Counted from the first letter of the stretch, positions 9,379-20,557 are shown. The stretch is 64,000 nucleotides of DNA from Methanobacteriota archaeon (GCA_002720275.1 PBHR01000023.1:21600-85599); one strand, 5' to 3'. Made by a program: numbers and translations. The notes: a model not told the origin generated them from the letters alone.

Positions 9379-10571
9379 TATTCTTCTTGAACTGGTGAAT
9401 TATCAATAGGCCTTTTTTGGTATAATGATTCTATTACACCACTAATTCTTTGCCATGGTAGAATATACCTTAATCCCGCTAACAATAATAAGAATAATAA
9501 TGCAGAGATTACCAAACCATAAGTTAATTCTAATTCAATTGACTCTTGAATCTGATAAGCCCACTGACCATCTCCTGGCAATGCAGCAACAATAGACAAT
9601 AATAGAGTATGGAAACCTAAGGCGATTATTGTTGTGATTCCACAAAGAGTCATTAATGCAATAGTTTGTATCATATGCCCATTTAACAAATTATAAAATT
9701 GTGTAACGTATTCTGGATCCTTTTTACAAGTTTCTGGTAATCTAAATGCATATTCAAGATAACGAATAACCCCCATAGAGGACTCTTGGAAAATTATCAG
9801 CAATAATGAAAGTTGTAAAAGACTAAACTGATTAGGGCTAATTAATCCCAAAATTGTAGGTTCCCCTGCCAAAGAGGGTATTTTCTTTAATCCGCCACTT
9901 GAAGCTGCAAATAATAAATCTTCAACGACTTGGAACGTTAATAATGCATGTAAAATTAAAAATAATAACATAATGCCAGTTGACCAAGCAATAGCACCTT
10001 TAGAAAGACCCCAAATCCCTCGAATTCCCATTACTAAAGGTATAATGTATATTCCAATCAAAATAATTTCTAATACAACTATAACGCCCTTGAATAGAGA
10101 CTCTACTGATTCATCTGGAGGAATCCACCAGTCTCCTTTACCAAAATTAGCAAATAACCATTTCATCAAAAAGGGGCCAAATAGCCACAATACAAATGCC
10201 AATAATAAACCTAAACGAATCCTACGTTGAATAATCGGATTTTGAAATGTTAATGCAGCCATCCCTCCACCAATTATAACACTCAAAACCATTATTGGAT
10301 AAAATCTGCCAAGACCGTTTGCTTCTTCACCTGTTAGCCATGCTGGTAACGGCATTTCCAAATTGGCTGAGGTTAATTGTTTATCAAAAAATTCAATTGC
10401 CATGGCATGATCTATTGAATCTACAATATACAAGTCTACCATTTTCAGATACATCCAAAGTAATGCAATCGTACTAATTAATTGTAAAGTTACTACTTGC
10501 CATTGTATTCTTAATAACCTCAAATGTAACGTTCGCATTCCTTCTTGTTGAGGTTGTACATCATCTGCCAT
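9375..10571 (-). CDS. Multi-pass membrane protein of unknown function (DUF58/DUF4350 cluster)
   Basis: 398 aa with about 8 hydrophobic segments; GAGGTGA RBS; co-oriented behind the DUF58 gene. Confidence 0.8.
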   Translation of the reverse strand: MADDVQPQQEGMRTLHLRLLRIQWQVVTLQLISTIALLWMYLKMVDLYIVDSIDHAMAIEFFDKQLTSANLEMPLPAWLTGEEANGLGRFYPIMVLSVIIGGGMAALTFQNPIIQRRIRLGLLLAFVLWLFGPFLMKWLFANFGKGDWWIPPDESVESLFKGVIVVLEIILIGIYIIPLVMGIRGIWGLSKGAIAWSTGIMLLFLILHALLTFQVVEDLLFAASSGGLKKIPSLAGEPTILGLISPNQFSLLQLSLLLIIFQESSMGVIRYLEYAFRLPETCKKDPEYVTQFYNLLNGHMIQTIALMTLCGITTIIALGFHTLLLSIVAALPGDGQWAYQIQESIELELTYGLVISALLFLLLLAGLRYILPWQRISGVIESLYQKRPIDNSPVQEEY

Positions 10572-10582
10572 TTTATATCACC

Positions 10583-11836
10583 TCAAATATCCTTCACTTG
10601 CAATAATGCCTGAGATAATTCTACATCGGGCATCCAATCAATTACAGAGGCTCCAAAACCTGCTAAACCTGTTAATCTATTTTGTCGTTCAAGTTTTAAA
10701 ACTTCATAACTCATACGAGGAATTCTACTAACCAATCTTTCAAAGTCTAAACTTGAAGGGGATAAAATGGTAACCTCATGACCTCTTCCAACAAGATCCC
10801 TAACTGCATTTGGAACTGTCCCATCCCCTTCAATACTACTGATTATGAAAACTGGAGAGCCTCTACTAAATCTTGGTGATAATGAATTTGTAACAGCTTG
10901 AAGAGGCATTGAACCTTTAGGTACAACCCCAGCCAAACTACTTAATATCTTGAAATATTGCTTATCTCCCGTATCTGCTGGAAGATAAGAAACTCCATCA
11001 TCGTAAATTGCTAAAGCGACACTATCTCTTCTTTTAATGAAGAAAGAAGCCAAAGAAGCTGCTGCTACTGCGCCCATTTCAAGTGGATTTTTTAGAACTG
11101 TTCCAATTCTACTAATATCTCTACTATCTAAAATTATGAATAAATCTGTCACCGCATCACGACATTTTTCATTTACCATCAACTCTCCAGTTCTAGCAAA
11201 CGCTTTCCAATTTATATTCTTAAACGGATCACCTGTAACATATTCCCTTAAACTATAAAATTCTGAACCTGGGCCTGGAGTTCTTAATGTTGAAGCACCA
11301 GTGTACATTTTTGGAGTACGACTTCGAATAAATGCTTCTTCAACATCCCTCACTTGTGGAAATACAATTAGGTCACTATGATGACTAACAAACATTTCTT
11401 GTGCAAATAAATTAAATGTGTTCCTAAATCTAATACTAATGGGCCCTATTGAATAATGACCTCTAAGTGGACACCTTAATGAATATCTGATTCTAGTACT
11501 TTGACCCGGGCCTAAATTAACTCTCATATAATTTAAACCACTTCTTAATTTCATTTCATGAGGGACATTATCATAAATCTCTAACTGCTGAGTACGCCTC
11601 ATTGAACGGTTAGTAATTCTTAATTCAACAAACAAATCATCTCCTTTATACAAATTATCTGCTGATAAAATTCTTTGAACCTCAACATTGCCATGGCCTT
11701 TAATCCAACCATTTAATACTGTAAAAGCAACAAAAGTTAATCCTATTACCATTAACTGAAAATTAGAAATCATCATTCCAATTAATACTAATGAAATACC
11801 TCCCGTAATACTGAATGCTGCTTTTCTTGTCCACAT
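10583..11836 (-). CDS. DUF58 (vWA-like) protein, typical MoxR partner
   Basis: GSEFYSLREYVTGDPFKNINWKAFARTGELMV signature, IILDS, N-terminal TMs and an Ig-like region. Confidence 0.9.
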   Translation of the reverse strand: MWTRKAAFSITGGISLVLIGMMISNFQLMVIGLTFVAFTVLNGWIKGHGNVEVQRILSADNLYKGDDLFVELRITNRSMRRTQQLEIYDNVPHEMKLRSGLNYMRVNLGPGQSTRIRYSLRCPLRGHYSIGPISIRFRNTFNLFAQEMFVSHHSDLIVFPQVRDVEEAFIRSRTPKMYTGASTLRTPGPGSEFYSLREYVTGDPFKNINWKAFARTGELMVNEKCRDAVTDLFIILDSRDISRIGTVLKNPLEMGAVAAASLASFFIKRRDSVALAIYDDGVSYLPADTGDKQYFKILSSLAGVVPKGSMPLQAVTNSLSPRFSRGSPVFIISSIEGDGTVPNAVRDLVGRGHEVTILSPSSLDFERLVSRIPRMSYEVLKLERQNRLTGLAGFGASVIDWMPDVELSQALLQVKDI

Positions 11837-11842
11837 ATTTCA

Positions 11843-13492
11843 TCAACCCTTTTGCCATGCTTTAATTCTTTTAACAATCGCAACCGTTTGCTCAAGATCA
11901 TATTTTTTATTTTCAAATACAAATTTAACTAAAACCGGATCCTTAATCATCTCTTGTAATTCTTGAGCGGGCATACGATCAAATTCCTCACGAGATAATG
12001 CGTTTAAATTTCTAACCCTCGATAAAAATACTTGTTTTATTTTATTTGTTCTCGTGTAATAACCATACCTTTTTGCATCCCCAAATCCATAATAAATTAT
12101 ATTAAAAATATGCCTCCAAGGTTCAGGATCTGTTTTCTTAATTAACACTGCTTCAAATGCTAAAAATAGCAATATAAACAACAATAACATTCCAATTCCA
12201 TCGCCTGTCAAATAAACTAACAAAAAGTAAATTAAATTATAAGCATCCGTAAATAAAACATTTTGGCTATGTCTACTTTCATCAAAAATCACCATTGCGT
12301 CACTACTCGCTACAATCGCTTCTTTATTTGTGAAATTATTCGCAGTTAAAACGGATTCTGCAATAACATCTAAAGCCCACTTTCTATTATCATTCTCTGG
12401 GATATTTGTAATTGATTTGCCATCCTCGTCAAATTCTCCAGAATTTGCAGATTCAAAACTATATACTGCATTAATTAAAGCACTACCGTCACTAATAAAA
12501 TAAATTCTTCCAGCACTAGAATCTGAACAATCGGAAGAATCACAGGTTTCAATATAAACATCAAAGGGTCCTTGTGAATCTGCCTCTGATTGCGCTGTTT
12601 CAGTTTCAAGAGTTATTTTTCCATCATTATTCAAATCTAAATAAGATTGAGGACTAGAACGACCTACTGCTTCATAGTAAGAAAAATCACCTGAAAATTC
12701 AATTGACTCAAATGCAGACGGGGCATTAAGTAATAAATTGTAATCATGATGATACTCTATCATTTTACTTGTTGAATTATAATGATGAGCACATAAACCT
12801 GCTTCTTCTTTTGTAGCAAATGTAATTTCACTTTCGGCCCATCTTGAACATGGATGCATTCCTGTTCCTGTAGGATCTGTTCCCTGATGCCACCTTGAAT
12901 GACCAATATGAAATTCATCTGAATTTTCCCAATCTGTATGGTTTTGACTTATGTTCATCCATACATAGTTGTAATCTAATTCAACTGCATATTCGTCATC
13001 ATAGAGCCTATGGTTACTATAACTAATTCCAACTGCATCTGCAAGGCCACTTGAATAACCAAAATCATCTAAAACAATTACCGTACCACCTCTAGAAACA
13101 AAGTTCATAATAGCTGAAATTTCTGAAGTACTATACCCTTCGGGTTCACTAAAACTAATAAATGAAGAATCAGAACCTATTGAAGGTAATGAAAATGTAT
13201 CTTTTTCTACACCACTTATTACAAATGTAGAATTTGTCGGGTTTTCTATTTCATTTAACAATAAAGGACTTGAAACCAAACTTTTCGTATTAATTCCTAA
13301 ATCAGATATTTCTTTCCTAAATTCTGAAATGTCATCCCAATCGTTATCATAAGCAGAAAGTTGCTTTGTATTTCCTAAATTTACATAACTTGAGAGTAAA
13401 AGAAAAAGAAGAAATAATAGAGCCACATAAAAACTAGAAATTAATGCACGGCGTTGATATTTTCTGAAACTCTTTCTAACCAACATTAGCAC
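11843..13492 (-). CDS. DUF4350-like membrane-anchored protein
   Basis: N-terminal TM, FVSRGGTVIVLDDFG, GRIYFISDGSALIN, VIFDESRH and a C-terminal TM. Confidence 0.75.
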   Translation of the reverse strand: MLMLVRKSFRKYQRRALISSFYVALLFLLFLLLSSYVNLGNTKQLSAYDNDWDDISEFRKEISDLGINTKSLVSSPLLLNEIENPTNSTFVISGVEKDTFSLPSIGSDSSFISFSEPEGYSTSEISAIMNFVSRGGTVIVLDDFGYSSGLADAVGISYSNHRLYDDEYAVELDYNYVWMNISQNHTDWENSDEFHIGHSRWHQGTDPTGTGMHPCSRWAESEITFATKEEAGLCAHHYNSTSKMIEYHHDYNLLLNAPSAFESIEFSGDFSYYEAVGRSSPQSYLDLNNDGKITLETETAQSEADSQGPFDVYIETCDSSDCSDSSAGRIYFISDGSALINAVYSFESANSGEFDEDGKSITNIPENDNRKWALDVIAESVLTANNFTNKEAIVASSDAMVIFDESRHSQNVLFTDAYNLIYFLLVYLTGDGIGMLLLFILLFLAFEAVLIKKTDPEPWRHIFNIIYYGFGDAKRYGYYTRTNKIKQVFLSRVRNLNALSREEFDRMPAQELQEMIKDPVLVKFVFENKKYDLEQTVAIVKRIKAWQKG

Positions 13493-13559
13493 CCAGCGCT
13501 AAGCGCTAACCGTGCGACGGTATTGACTGCCTTAATACGCTTACTGGGTCGTGATTACA

Positions 13560-13805
13560 CTACCTTCTTAAAAAAATAGACCCTTCTAACCTATCAATTT
13601 CACTCGGAGGTACTTGAACAATATTATCTTTAGCAGTCCAAGGTAATTTAGTTGAATCGAGTCCTTTTTCTAATTTAACACAAATAAATTCAACATTACC
13701 ATCATCATAATTTATATGTATTTCAGTAACAACGCCAAGTAATTCTTTACTTTTATCAAATACTTCCCTGCCTACGAGTTCATATCCGAAAACTGTAACA
13801 CTAAT
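13560..13805 (-). CDS. PRC-barrel domain protein (81 aa) with apparent ATT start
   Basis: Not in the ORF track. (M)SVTVFGYELVGREVFDKSKELLGVVTEIHINYDDGNVEFICVK...VQVPPSEIDRLEGSIFLRR matches the PRC-barrel pattern; no in-frame ATG/GTG/TTG; GAGGTGA lies just upstream of ATT. Confidence 0.8.
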   Translation of the reverse strand: MSVTVFGYELVGREVFDKSKELLGVVTEIHINYDDGNVEFICVKLEKGLDSTKLPWTAKDNIVQVPPSEIDRLEGSIFLRR

Positions 13806-13814
13806 ATTCTCACC

Positions 13815-16067
13815 TCAAACTGATTCCATGCCTCTTTGTGTATCCTTACCTCTACGAACAGTACTTAAACCACTAACTAGTAAAGATTCCATTTTCTTAT
13901 AATATTCTAACATATCATCGGTCACAGTAGGCCTAACCATATTCAAAGCCTTTTCAAAATGTGCCTTTGTCACCGTTTTCTTAGACTCCCTCATTGCTGT
14001 CAATGCTGCTTCTCTACATACTGATTCAACATCAGCACCAGTAAATCCTTCCATTTTTTTAGATATGTCTCCAATATTAAATTTACCTAAAGGCATCCCC
14101 TCACAATGAATTTTGAAAATTTCTCTTATCGCCTTAGCATCTGGAGGAGGTACATGTAAAACTCTTTCAAACCTACCACTTCTAATCAATGCAGGATCTA
14201 TCATCTCGGGTCTATTTGTAGCAGCAACAACAATAACACCATCCAAAGATTCTATTCCATCCATACTAGCAAGTAATTGATTTACCACCCTGTTACCAGA
14301 CTGAGTTCCACCCCCATCCATCCCTCTAGAGGACCTTGAATGAGCAATACTTTCGAATTCATCCAAGAAAATTATAGATGGTGATGCTTGTTTAGCCTTC
14401 TTGAAAATTTCACGAATTCCTCTTTCTGATTCACCGACCCATTTACTAATCATCTCAGGTCCTTTAATTGAAATGAAATTCGCTTTAGCCTCATTTGCTA
14501 TTGCCTTAGCTAGCAATGTTTTTCCTGTTCCTGGTGCCCCAAATAATACAATTCCTCTAGGTGGTTTAATTCCAAAATGATCAAATAATTCGGGTTTTGT
14601 TAATGGCCATTCGACACTTTCTTTAAGTCTATTTTTAATTTCTTCCAATCCGCCAACTTTATCCCAACCTATTTCAGGAATCTCAACATAAATTTCTCTT
14701 AAAGCACTAGGTTCAACTTCCCTTATTGCTAATTTAAAATCATCCATAATTACTTCCATTTTTTCAAGGACCTCTGGAGGAATTACTTCGGCATCCAAAT
14801 CAATCTCTGGAAGATATCTTCTTAATGCCTTCATCGCAGCTTCTCTAACTAATGCTGAAACATCTGCTCCCACAAAGCCATAAGTATTTTCTAAAATCCA
14901 TTCAATATCAAAATCATCACTTAGGGGCATTCCCCTCGTGTGTACATCTACGATTTCAGCTCTACCATTTCTATCTGGAACTCCAACTTCTATTTCTCTA
15001 TCAAATCTACCTGGTCTACGTAAAGCAGGATCTATTGCATCTCTACGATTTGTTGCACCAATAACAACAATATTATCACGGCCTTGCATTCCGTCCATCA
15101 ATGTTAACAATTGAGCAACTACTCTTCGTTCAACTTCTCCTGTTACATCTTCTCTTTTTGGTGCAATACTATCTAATTCATCAACAAAAACTATTGCAGG
15201 GGAATTTTCAGCAGCATCATCAAAAATTTCTCTAAGTTGTTTTTCAGATTCACCATAATATTTACTTATTATTTCAGGGCCATTAATTGATTTAAAATGA
15301 GCATTTGTTTCTGTTGCTACAGCTTTAGCAATCATAGTTTTACCCGTTCCAGGAGGGCCATGAAGCAAAACTCCTTTTGGAGGACTAATACCTAATCTAC
15401 GAAATAATTCCGGATGTTTTAAAGGCAACTCAATCATTTCTCTAACTTTTTGTAATTGATTTCCTATTCCTCCAATGTCTTCATAAGTTATTCCTTCTGA
15501 GTCTGCAGAAGATTCTTCATCAACCTGTTCATCTTTAATGACGATTTCAGTTTCTGGTAAAACTTGAACTATCCCCTTAGGGGTCGTAGAACGAACTGCA
15601 AATGGCAATGTCTCTGCAAATAAGGTAATTCCTGGAATAAATATTCTATCTCCTGCAACTACTGGTCTCTTGTTCAAACCTCTTCTTGCAAAACCTTCAA
15701 TATTTGGACCAAATTGCATTGCTGATGGTTTATTTTTACTTTGTTTATTTACCATAACCGGTGAAAGTACTAACTTTTTACAAGGAATTGCTTCTACCTT
15801 TCTAATTTCGACTTTGTCTCCTAAAGATACTCCCGCATTTTTCCTAACGATTCCGTCAATTCTTACAATATCCATTTTACTATCTTCGGGTCGACTTCTC
15901 CAATATGTCGCTGCAGTCATTCCCGTTTCCCCTTTAATTTCAATAATATCTCCCGGTTTTAGGCCAAGTTCATTGTCACTTGAAATTCTCGCTCTTCCAA
16001 AACCTACATCACTTGGTATTGCTTTAGCTATTCTTAACTTTAGAACATCCGAACCTTTAGTAGCCAT
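13815..16067 (-). CDS. cdc48: CDC48/VAT family double-ring AAA+ ATPase
   Basis: N-domain, two Walker A motifs ([16 protein letters not shown]), Walker B motifs and [11 protein letters not shown]. Confidence 0.96.
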   Translation of the reverse strand: MATKGSDVLKLRIAKAIPSDVGFGRARISSDNELGLKPGDIIEIKGETGMTAATYWRSRPEDSKMDIVRIDGIVRKNAGVSLGDKVEIRKVEAIPCKKLVLSPVMVNKQSKNKPSAMQFGPNIEGFARRGLNKRPVVAGDRIFIPGITLFAETLPFAVRSTTPKGIVQVLPETEIVIKDEQVDEESSADSEGITYEDIGGIGNQLQKVREMIELPLKHPELFRRLGISPPKGVLLHGPPGTGKTMIAKAVATETNAHFKSINGPEIISKYYGESEKQLREIFDDAAENSPAIVFVDELDSIAPKREDVTGEVERRVVAQLLTLMDGMQGRDNIVVIGATNRRDAIDPALRRPGRFDREIEVGVPDRNGRAEIVDVHTRGMPLSDDFDIEWILENTYGFVGADVSALVREAAMKALRRYLPEIDLDAEVIPPEVLEKMEVIMDDFKLAIREVEPSALREIYVEIPEIGWDKVGGLEEIKNRLKESVEWPLTKPELFDHFGIKPPRGIVLFGAPGTGKTLLAKAIANEAKANFISIKGPEMISKWVGESERGIREIFKKAKQASPSIIFLDEFESIAHSRSSRGMDGGGTQSGNRVVNQLLASMDGIESLDGVIVVAATNRPEMIDPALIRSGRFERVLHVPPPDAKAIREIFKIHCEGMPLGKFNIGDISKKMEGFTGADVESVCREAALTAMRESKKTVTKAHFEKALNMVRPTVTDDMLEYYKKMESLLVSGLSTVRRGKDTQRGMESV

Positions 16068-16176
16068 AATGACCTCTCCGACATTACTCGTTAATTTTAG
16101 GAATCCCTTAAACCCACTGTTTTCTAAAAGCCATAATTACATCAAGTTCATCATTGTGAGTTGTTTCGGACGTGCC

Positions 16177-17805
16177 ATGCCCGCTGTACTTGAAACCGGT
16201 TTAGACTTCGTTGAATCTAATAACGAAACCAATTTGCCATGTGTTAAAGGATATAATATTATTAATGGACAATTAAAAGTCGCAAGTGATCAAAAAACAT
16301 TTGAAAGTATTAATCCTGCAAATAAAAATGATTGTTTAGGAGTTTTTCCATTATCAACAAAACAAGATATTGATGACGCTATTTCCGCAGCAAGTACTGC
16401 TTTTACAAAATGGTCAAACACTCCTGCCCCCACTAGAGGTCAAATTATTGGAAATATGGGGCGATTGTTAATGGATTACAAGGAGGATTTAGTTCGCTTA
16501 CAATCTCGTGAAATTGGTAAAACAATCAAAGAATGTGGTGGAGAAATTCAGGAAGCGATTGATACTTGCCTATTCTTCCAATCAGAAGGGCGCAGACTCT
16601 ATGGACAAACTGTCAATTCTGAATTGCCTAACAAAGAATTATTCACATATCGAAGGCCTTTGGGGGTTTGCGGAATCATCAATGCTTGCAACTTCCCCTC
16701 CGCTGTTCCATTCTGGAAAATGATTCCAGCAATTATGTGTGGAAACACCTGTGTTTGGAAGTCTCCACAAGATGCACCCCTTCTTTCATTTGCATTGGCT
16801 AGAATTATGCATCAAGCTGGACTACCTAATGGTGTAATAAATTTAGTTCATGGAAAAGGTAGTGGAGCTGGACAACACATTATTGATGCTGTAGATGAAG
16901 GTAAAATAAACAAAATTAGTTTTACTGGAAGTACAGAAGTGGGTAAAAAGATTGGCGAGGTTTGTGGAAGAAATCTAGTATCGTGTTCATTAGAACTTGG
17001 TGGTAAAAACCCGCTTGTTGTAATGCCCTCTGCGGACATGGAAAATGCTGTTCAAGGGGCTTATTGGGCTTCTTTTGGAACTGCTGGACAAAGATGTACA
17101 AGTTTAGGGAATCTGATTCTGCATGAAGATATTTATGATAAGTTTATGGCTAAATTTATGGAAAAAGTTATTGCCACACCTATTGGAGATTCTTCTAAAT
17201 TTGAAGGTATGATATATGGACCAATGCTTTCTGAAAAATATGCATCTGATTTCCTTAAAACCATAGAAAAAGTAGAGAAAGATGGAGCAAGGAAATTATT
17301 TGGTGAAGGGAGAATAACAAATGATCTTTGCCCAGGAGCATTTCATGGAGATGCATCTAAAGGAATTTACATGTGGCCACATGTATATGTTGATGTTACA
17401 GAAGAGATGGACTGTTTCTATGAAGAGATTTTTGGACCAGCAGTAACTATTGTAAAAGCAAAGGATTTTGATCATGCTTTACATTTAGCTAATGCATCTC
17501 CTTACGGACTTTCAAGTGCAATTTATACTAATGATCGACTTGAAGCTTACAGATTTAAAAATGAAATTAAGGCTGGAATGACTAGTATAAATAATTCAAC
17601 AACTGGTGCAGAAGCACACTTACCGTTTGGAGGAGTGAAAAACTCAGGGAATGGTACTAGAGAATCAGGGATATGGGTTATTGAAGCATATTCATATTGG
17701 CATGCAGTTAATGACGAATTGAGTGGCAAACTACAATTAGCTCAAATGGATGTTGATGAAATTGAAATGTCTAAAAAAGAAGTTGATTGGGCAGAGTTAG
17801 CATAA
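16177..17805 (+). CDS. NAD(P)-dependent aldehyde dehydrogenase
   Basis: SFTGSTEVG, LELGGKNP, AGQRCTS, EEIFGP and PFGG; real start is ATG 16177 (the track's extension overlaps cdc48). Confidence 0.93.
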   Translation: MPAVLETGLDFVESNNETNLPCVKGYNIINGQLKVASDQKTFESINPANKNDCLGVFPLSTKQDIDDAISAASTAFTKWSNTPAPTRGQIIGNMGRLLMDYKEDLVRLQSREIGKTIKECGGEIQEAIDTCLFFQSEGRRLYGQTVNSELPNKELFTYRRPLGVCGIINACNFPSAVPFWKMIPAIMCGNTCVWKSPQDAPLLSFALARIMHQAGLPNGVINLVHGKGSGAGQHIIDAVDEGKINKISFTGSTEVGKKIGEVCGRNLVSCSLELGGKNPLVVMPSADMENAVQGAYWASFGTAGQRCTSLGNLILHEDIYDKFMAKFMEKVIATPIGDSSKFEGMIYGPMLSEKYASDFLKTIEKVEKDGARKLFGEGRITNDLCPGAFHGDASKGIYMWPHVYVDVTEEMDCFYEEIFGPAVTIVKAKDFDHALHLANASPYGLSSAIYTNDRLEAYRFKNEIKAGMTSINNSTTGAEAHLPFGGVKNSGNGTRESGIWVIEAYSYWHAVNDELSGKLQLAQMDVDEIEMSKKEVDWAELA

Positions 17806-17881
17806 GTATTTAGAAACATGCATTAAAGACCTACTTCTTAATCGCTAGCATATCCCCCCTCCGGGGCACGGTGGCGTTTTC

Positions 17882-18694
17882 ATGGGTGAAGGTCTCAAAC
17901 TTCCGGTATTGAATGGATTCGGACGAACAAATAGGATAGATAATTGGTGGAGTCAACCACTAATTATGGGAATAGGACTTACATTGACGTTAATTTATAC
18001 ATTTTGGAGATTGTTTATTTATGACCTTGAAATTTCATATCACCTAAATGGAAGTACTGTTGTTTCGCCATTATTTTCACCAAATATCCTAGAATGGAAC
18101 ATTTTTGGTTTAAGTGAATGGGCAAAAACGGCTCCAAGTTGGATTAATGCAGCGATTTTAATTATTTGGATTCCTTTTGGATTTAGAGGAACATGTTACT
18201 ATATGCGCAGAGTATATTACAGAACATTTTTCGCTAGCCCTACCGCATGTTGGGTTGATGAACCACAAATAAATAAATCTCTAGGATATAAAGGCGAAAA
18301 AATGGTTTTCATAATTAATAACTTACATAGGTATTTTCTTTATGCAGCAATGGTAATTCTCTTAATCAAATGGTGGGATGTAACTCATACAATGACGTTT
18401 AATGACGGTTTAGGAATTTCAATCGGGACTTTAGTAATGGCCATAGAAGCATTTTTACTCACTATGTATGTTACATCTTGTCATGCATTAAGGCATTTAG
18501 CTGGTGGTGTTTTAGACAGATGGACTACAGGAATTAGTCGTATGAGAGGGATTCTTTTCAAAAAAATTAGTATTTTCAATAAGTCTCATGGATTTTGGTT
18601 TTGGACCTCTTTAATTTTCGTTTTTCTTGGTGATTTATGGGTTTTGGCCGTTAATAAAGGTCTCTTTAATGACATAGCAATAATTGTTATCTGA
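17882..18694 (+). CDS. Succinate dehydrogenase membrane anchor, actinobacterial Sdh1 (Rv0249c-like) type
   Basis: About 5 TMs; FRGTCYYMRRVYYR, NNLHRYF, TSCHALRH and SHG motifs; first gene of the sdh operon. Confidence 0.8.
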   Translation: MGEGLKLPVLNGFGRTNRIDNWWSQPLIMGIGLTLTLIYTFWRLFIYDLEISYHLNGSTVVSPLFSPNILEWNIFGLSEWAKTAPSWINAAILIIWIPFGFRGTCYYMRRVYYRTFFASPTACWVDEPQINKSLGYKGEKMVFIINNLHRYFLYAAMVILLIKWWDVTHTMTFNDGLGISIGTLVMAIEAFLLTMYVTSCHALRHLAGGVLDRWTTGISRMRGILFKKISIFNKSHGFWFWTSLIFVFLGDLWVLAVNKGLFNDIAIIVI

Positions 18695-18703
18695 GGTTTT
18701 AAA

Positions 18704-20557
18704 ATGACTATAAATTATAAGCAACATGAATTTGATGTAATAATCATTGGTGCAGGTGGTGCTGGATTAAGGGCTGCAATTGAATCTGCAAGGTCAGGGG
18801 TGAAAACCGCAATTATCACTAAATCATTGCTTGGAAAGGCACATACAGTAATGGCCGAGGGCGGATGTGCAGCATCATTACAAAACGCAGATCCGAGAGA
18901 CAATTGGAAAGTTCATTTCCATGACACAATGAAAGGAAGTAAATGGCTAGCAAATTGGAAAATGGCAGAATTACACGCAAAAGAGGCTCCTGACCGTGTT
19001 AGGGAACTTGAACAATGGGGGGCAGTATTTGATCGTACTCCTAAGAATTTGATTAATCAGCGAAATTTTGGAGGGCATACATTTCCAAGGTTAGCCCATG
19101 TGGGTGATGCAACGGGATTAGAAATTATTAGAACATTACAAGAAAAGGGAATTCATTCAGGAATTGATATTTTCATGGAATACACTGTATGTGAATTATT
19201 CAAAAATGAGGAGGGTGACTGCACAGGATGCATTGCATATAATCGAGTTGATGGGGAAATTCATGCCTTTTCGGCAAAATCAATAGTTTTAGCAACCGGG
19301 GGAATCACTAGATGTTGGAGTGTTTGTTCTGGTTCATGGGAATATACAGGAGATGGACATGCTCTTGCTTTAATGGCTGGTGCTGAATTAAGAGATATGG
19401 AATTTGTTCAGTTTCATCCAACTGGAATGATTTGGCCTCCATCTGTAAAAGGTATTCTGGTTACTGAAGGAGTTAGAGGTGAAGGTGGTAGATTACTAAA
19501 TTCAGAAAATGAGCGATTTATGTTTAACTATGTACCTGAAATGTTTGCTGGAGACCATGCTGAAACTATTGAAGAGTCAGATCAATGGGTTAAAGAAGTT
19601 GTTTCTGGAAAATTAGCAACTGTAAGAAGACCTCCCGAACTTTTGACTAGAGATGTCGTAGCAAAAGCAATTAATTCCGAAGTAAAAGCTGGAAGAGGAT
19701 CACCAAATGGAGGTGCTTTTTTAGACATATCACATAGAGGTGAAGAAGCTATTTTGAAAAAATTGCCTTCAATGCATCATCAATTCAAAGAACTAGCAGG
19801 TGTCGACATATCTAAAGAACCTATGGAAGTTGGACCAACTGCTCATTATGTTATGGGGGGCGTTAGAGTAAATGCAGAAACACAAGAAACTTGCGTACCT
19901 GGTTTATTTGCATGCGGAGAAGTTGCATCTGGGTTACATGGTGCAAATCGTTTAGGAGGCAATTCTCTTTCTGATTTGATTGTTTTTGGGAAAAGAGCCG
20001 GGGAATTTGCTGCTAAAAAATCAAAAGAATTAGAACAACCAAAAATAAATGAAAAAGAAATTATTAAAGCAGCAAAGAAGATGTTAGCGCCAATAATGAG
20101 TGAAAATGGAGAAAATCCTGGAAAAATATATGATGAGTTGCGAGAAATGATGCAAAATAATGTAGGAATAATTCGAACTGAAAAAGAAATGAAATTAGCA
20201 TTAGAAAAATTAGATGAATTTGAAGAAAGACAAAAAAATACTTTTTCAGGTTCTTCAAGAATATATAATTCTGGATGGCACCAAGCCCTTGATTTAATCA
20301 ATATGATTCTTGTGTCAAAAGCCGCAACATTAGCTGCTTTAACTAGAACAGAAAGTCGCGGTGGGCATACTAGAGATGACTTTCCAACTCCTGATGATGA
20401 TTACTGGGGTCAAACATTAAACATTATTTCACTTGAAGATGGTAAATTAACCATTAAACAAGAAGAAAAAGAAGAAATGAGAGCGGATTTAAAATTAGTA
20501 ATTAAAGAAATTAAAGATTTAATTGCAAAAAGAGCAGCAGAACAAGGTGGTGATTAA
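18704..20557 (+). CDS. sdhA: Succinate dehydrogenase/fumarate reductase flavoprotein subunit
   Basis: GAGGAG FAD motif, KAHTVMAEGG, QFHPTG, EGVRGEGG, HGANRLGGNSL and ESRGGH. Confidence 0.95.
   Translation: MTINYKQHEFDVIIIGAGGAGLRAAIESARSGVKTAIITKSLLGKAHTVMAEGGCAASLQNADPRDNWKVHFHDTMKGSKWLANWKMAELHAKEAPDRVRELEQWGAVFDRTPKNLINQRNFGGHTFPRLAHVGDATGLEIIRTLQEKGIHSGIDIFMEYTVCELFKNEEGDCTGCIAYNRVDGEIHAFSAKSIVLATGGITRCWSVCSGSWEYTGDGHALALMAGAELRDMEFVQFHPTGMIWPPSVKGILVTEGVRGEGGRLLNSENERFMFNYVPEMFAGDHAETIEESDQWVKEVVSGKLATVRRPPELLTRDVVAKAINSEVKAGRGSPNGGAFLDISHRGEEAILKKLPSMHHQFKELAGVDISKEPMEVGPTAHYVMGGVRVNAETQETCVPGLFACGEVASGLHGANRLGGNSLSDLIVFGKRAGEFAAKKSKELEQPKINEKEIIKAAKKMLAPIMSENGENPGKIYDELREMMQNNVGIIRTEKEMKLALEKLDEFEERQKNTFSGSSRIYNSGWHQALDLINMILVSKAATLAALTRTESRGGHTRDDFPTPDDDYWGQTLNIISLEDGKLTIKQEEKEEMRADLKLVIKEIKDLIAKRAAEQGGD

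Noticed and set aside
13812..13817. Selenocysteine recoding of the cdc48 TGA
   Set aside because: The position is not a redox Cys site, I saw no SECIS-like element, and the overlapping RBS explains the downstream frame more simply
15670..16176. N-terminal extension making the aldehyde dehydrogenase 711 aa
   Set aside because: It is mostly antisense to the cdc48 5' end and has no recognisable domain; the ALDH-like sequence starts at ATG 16177
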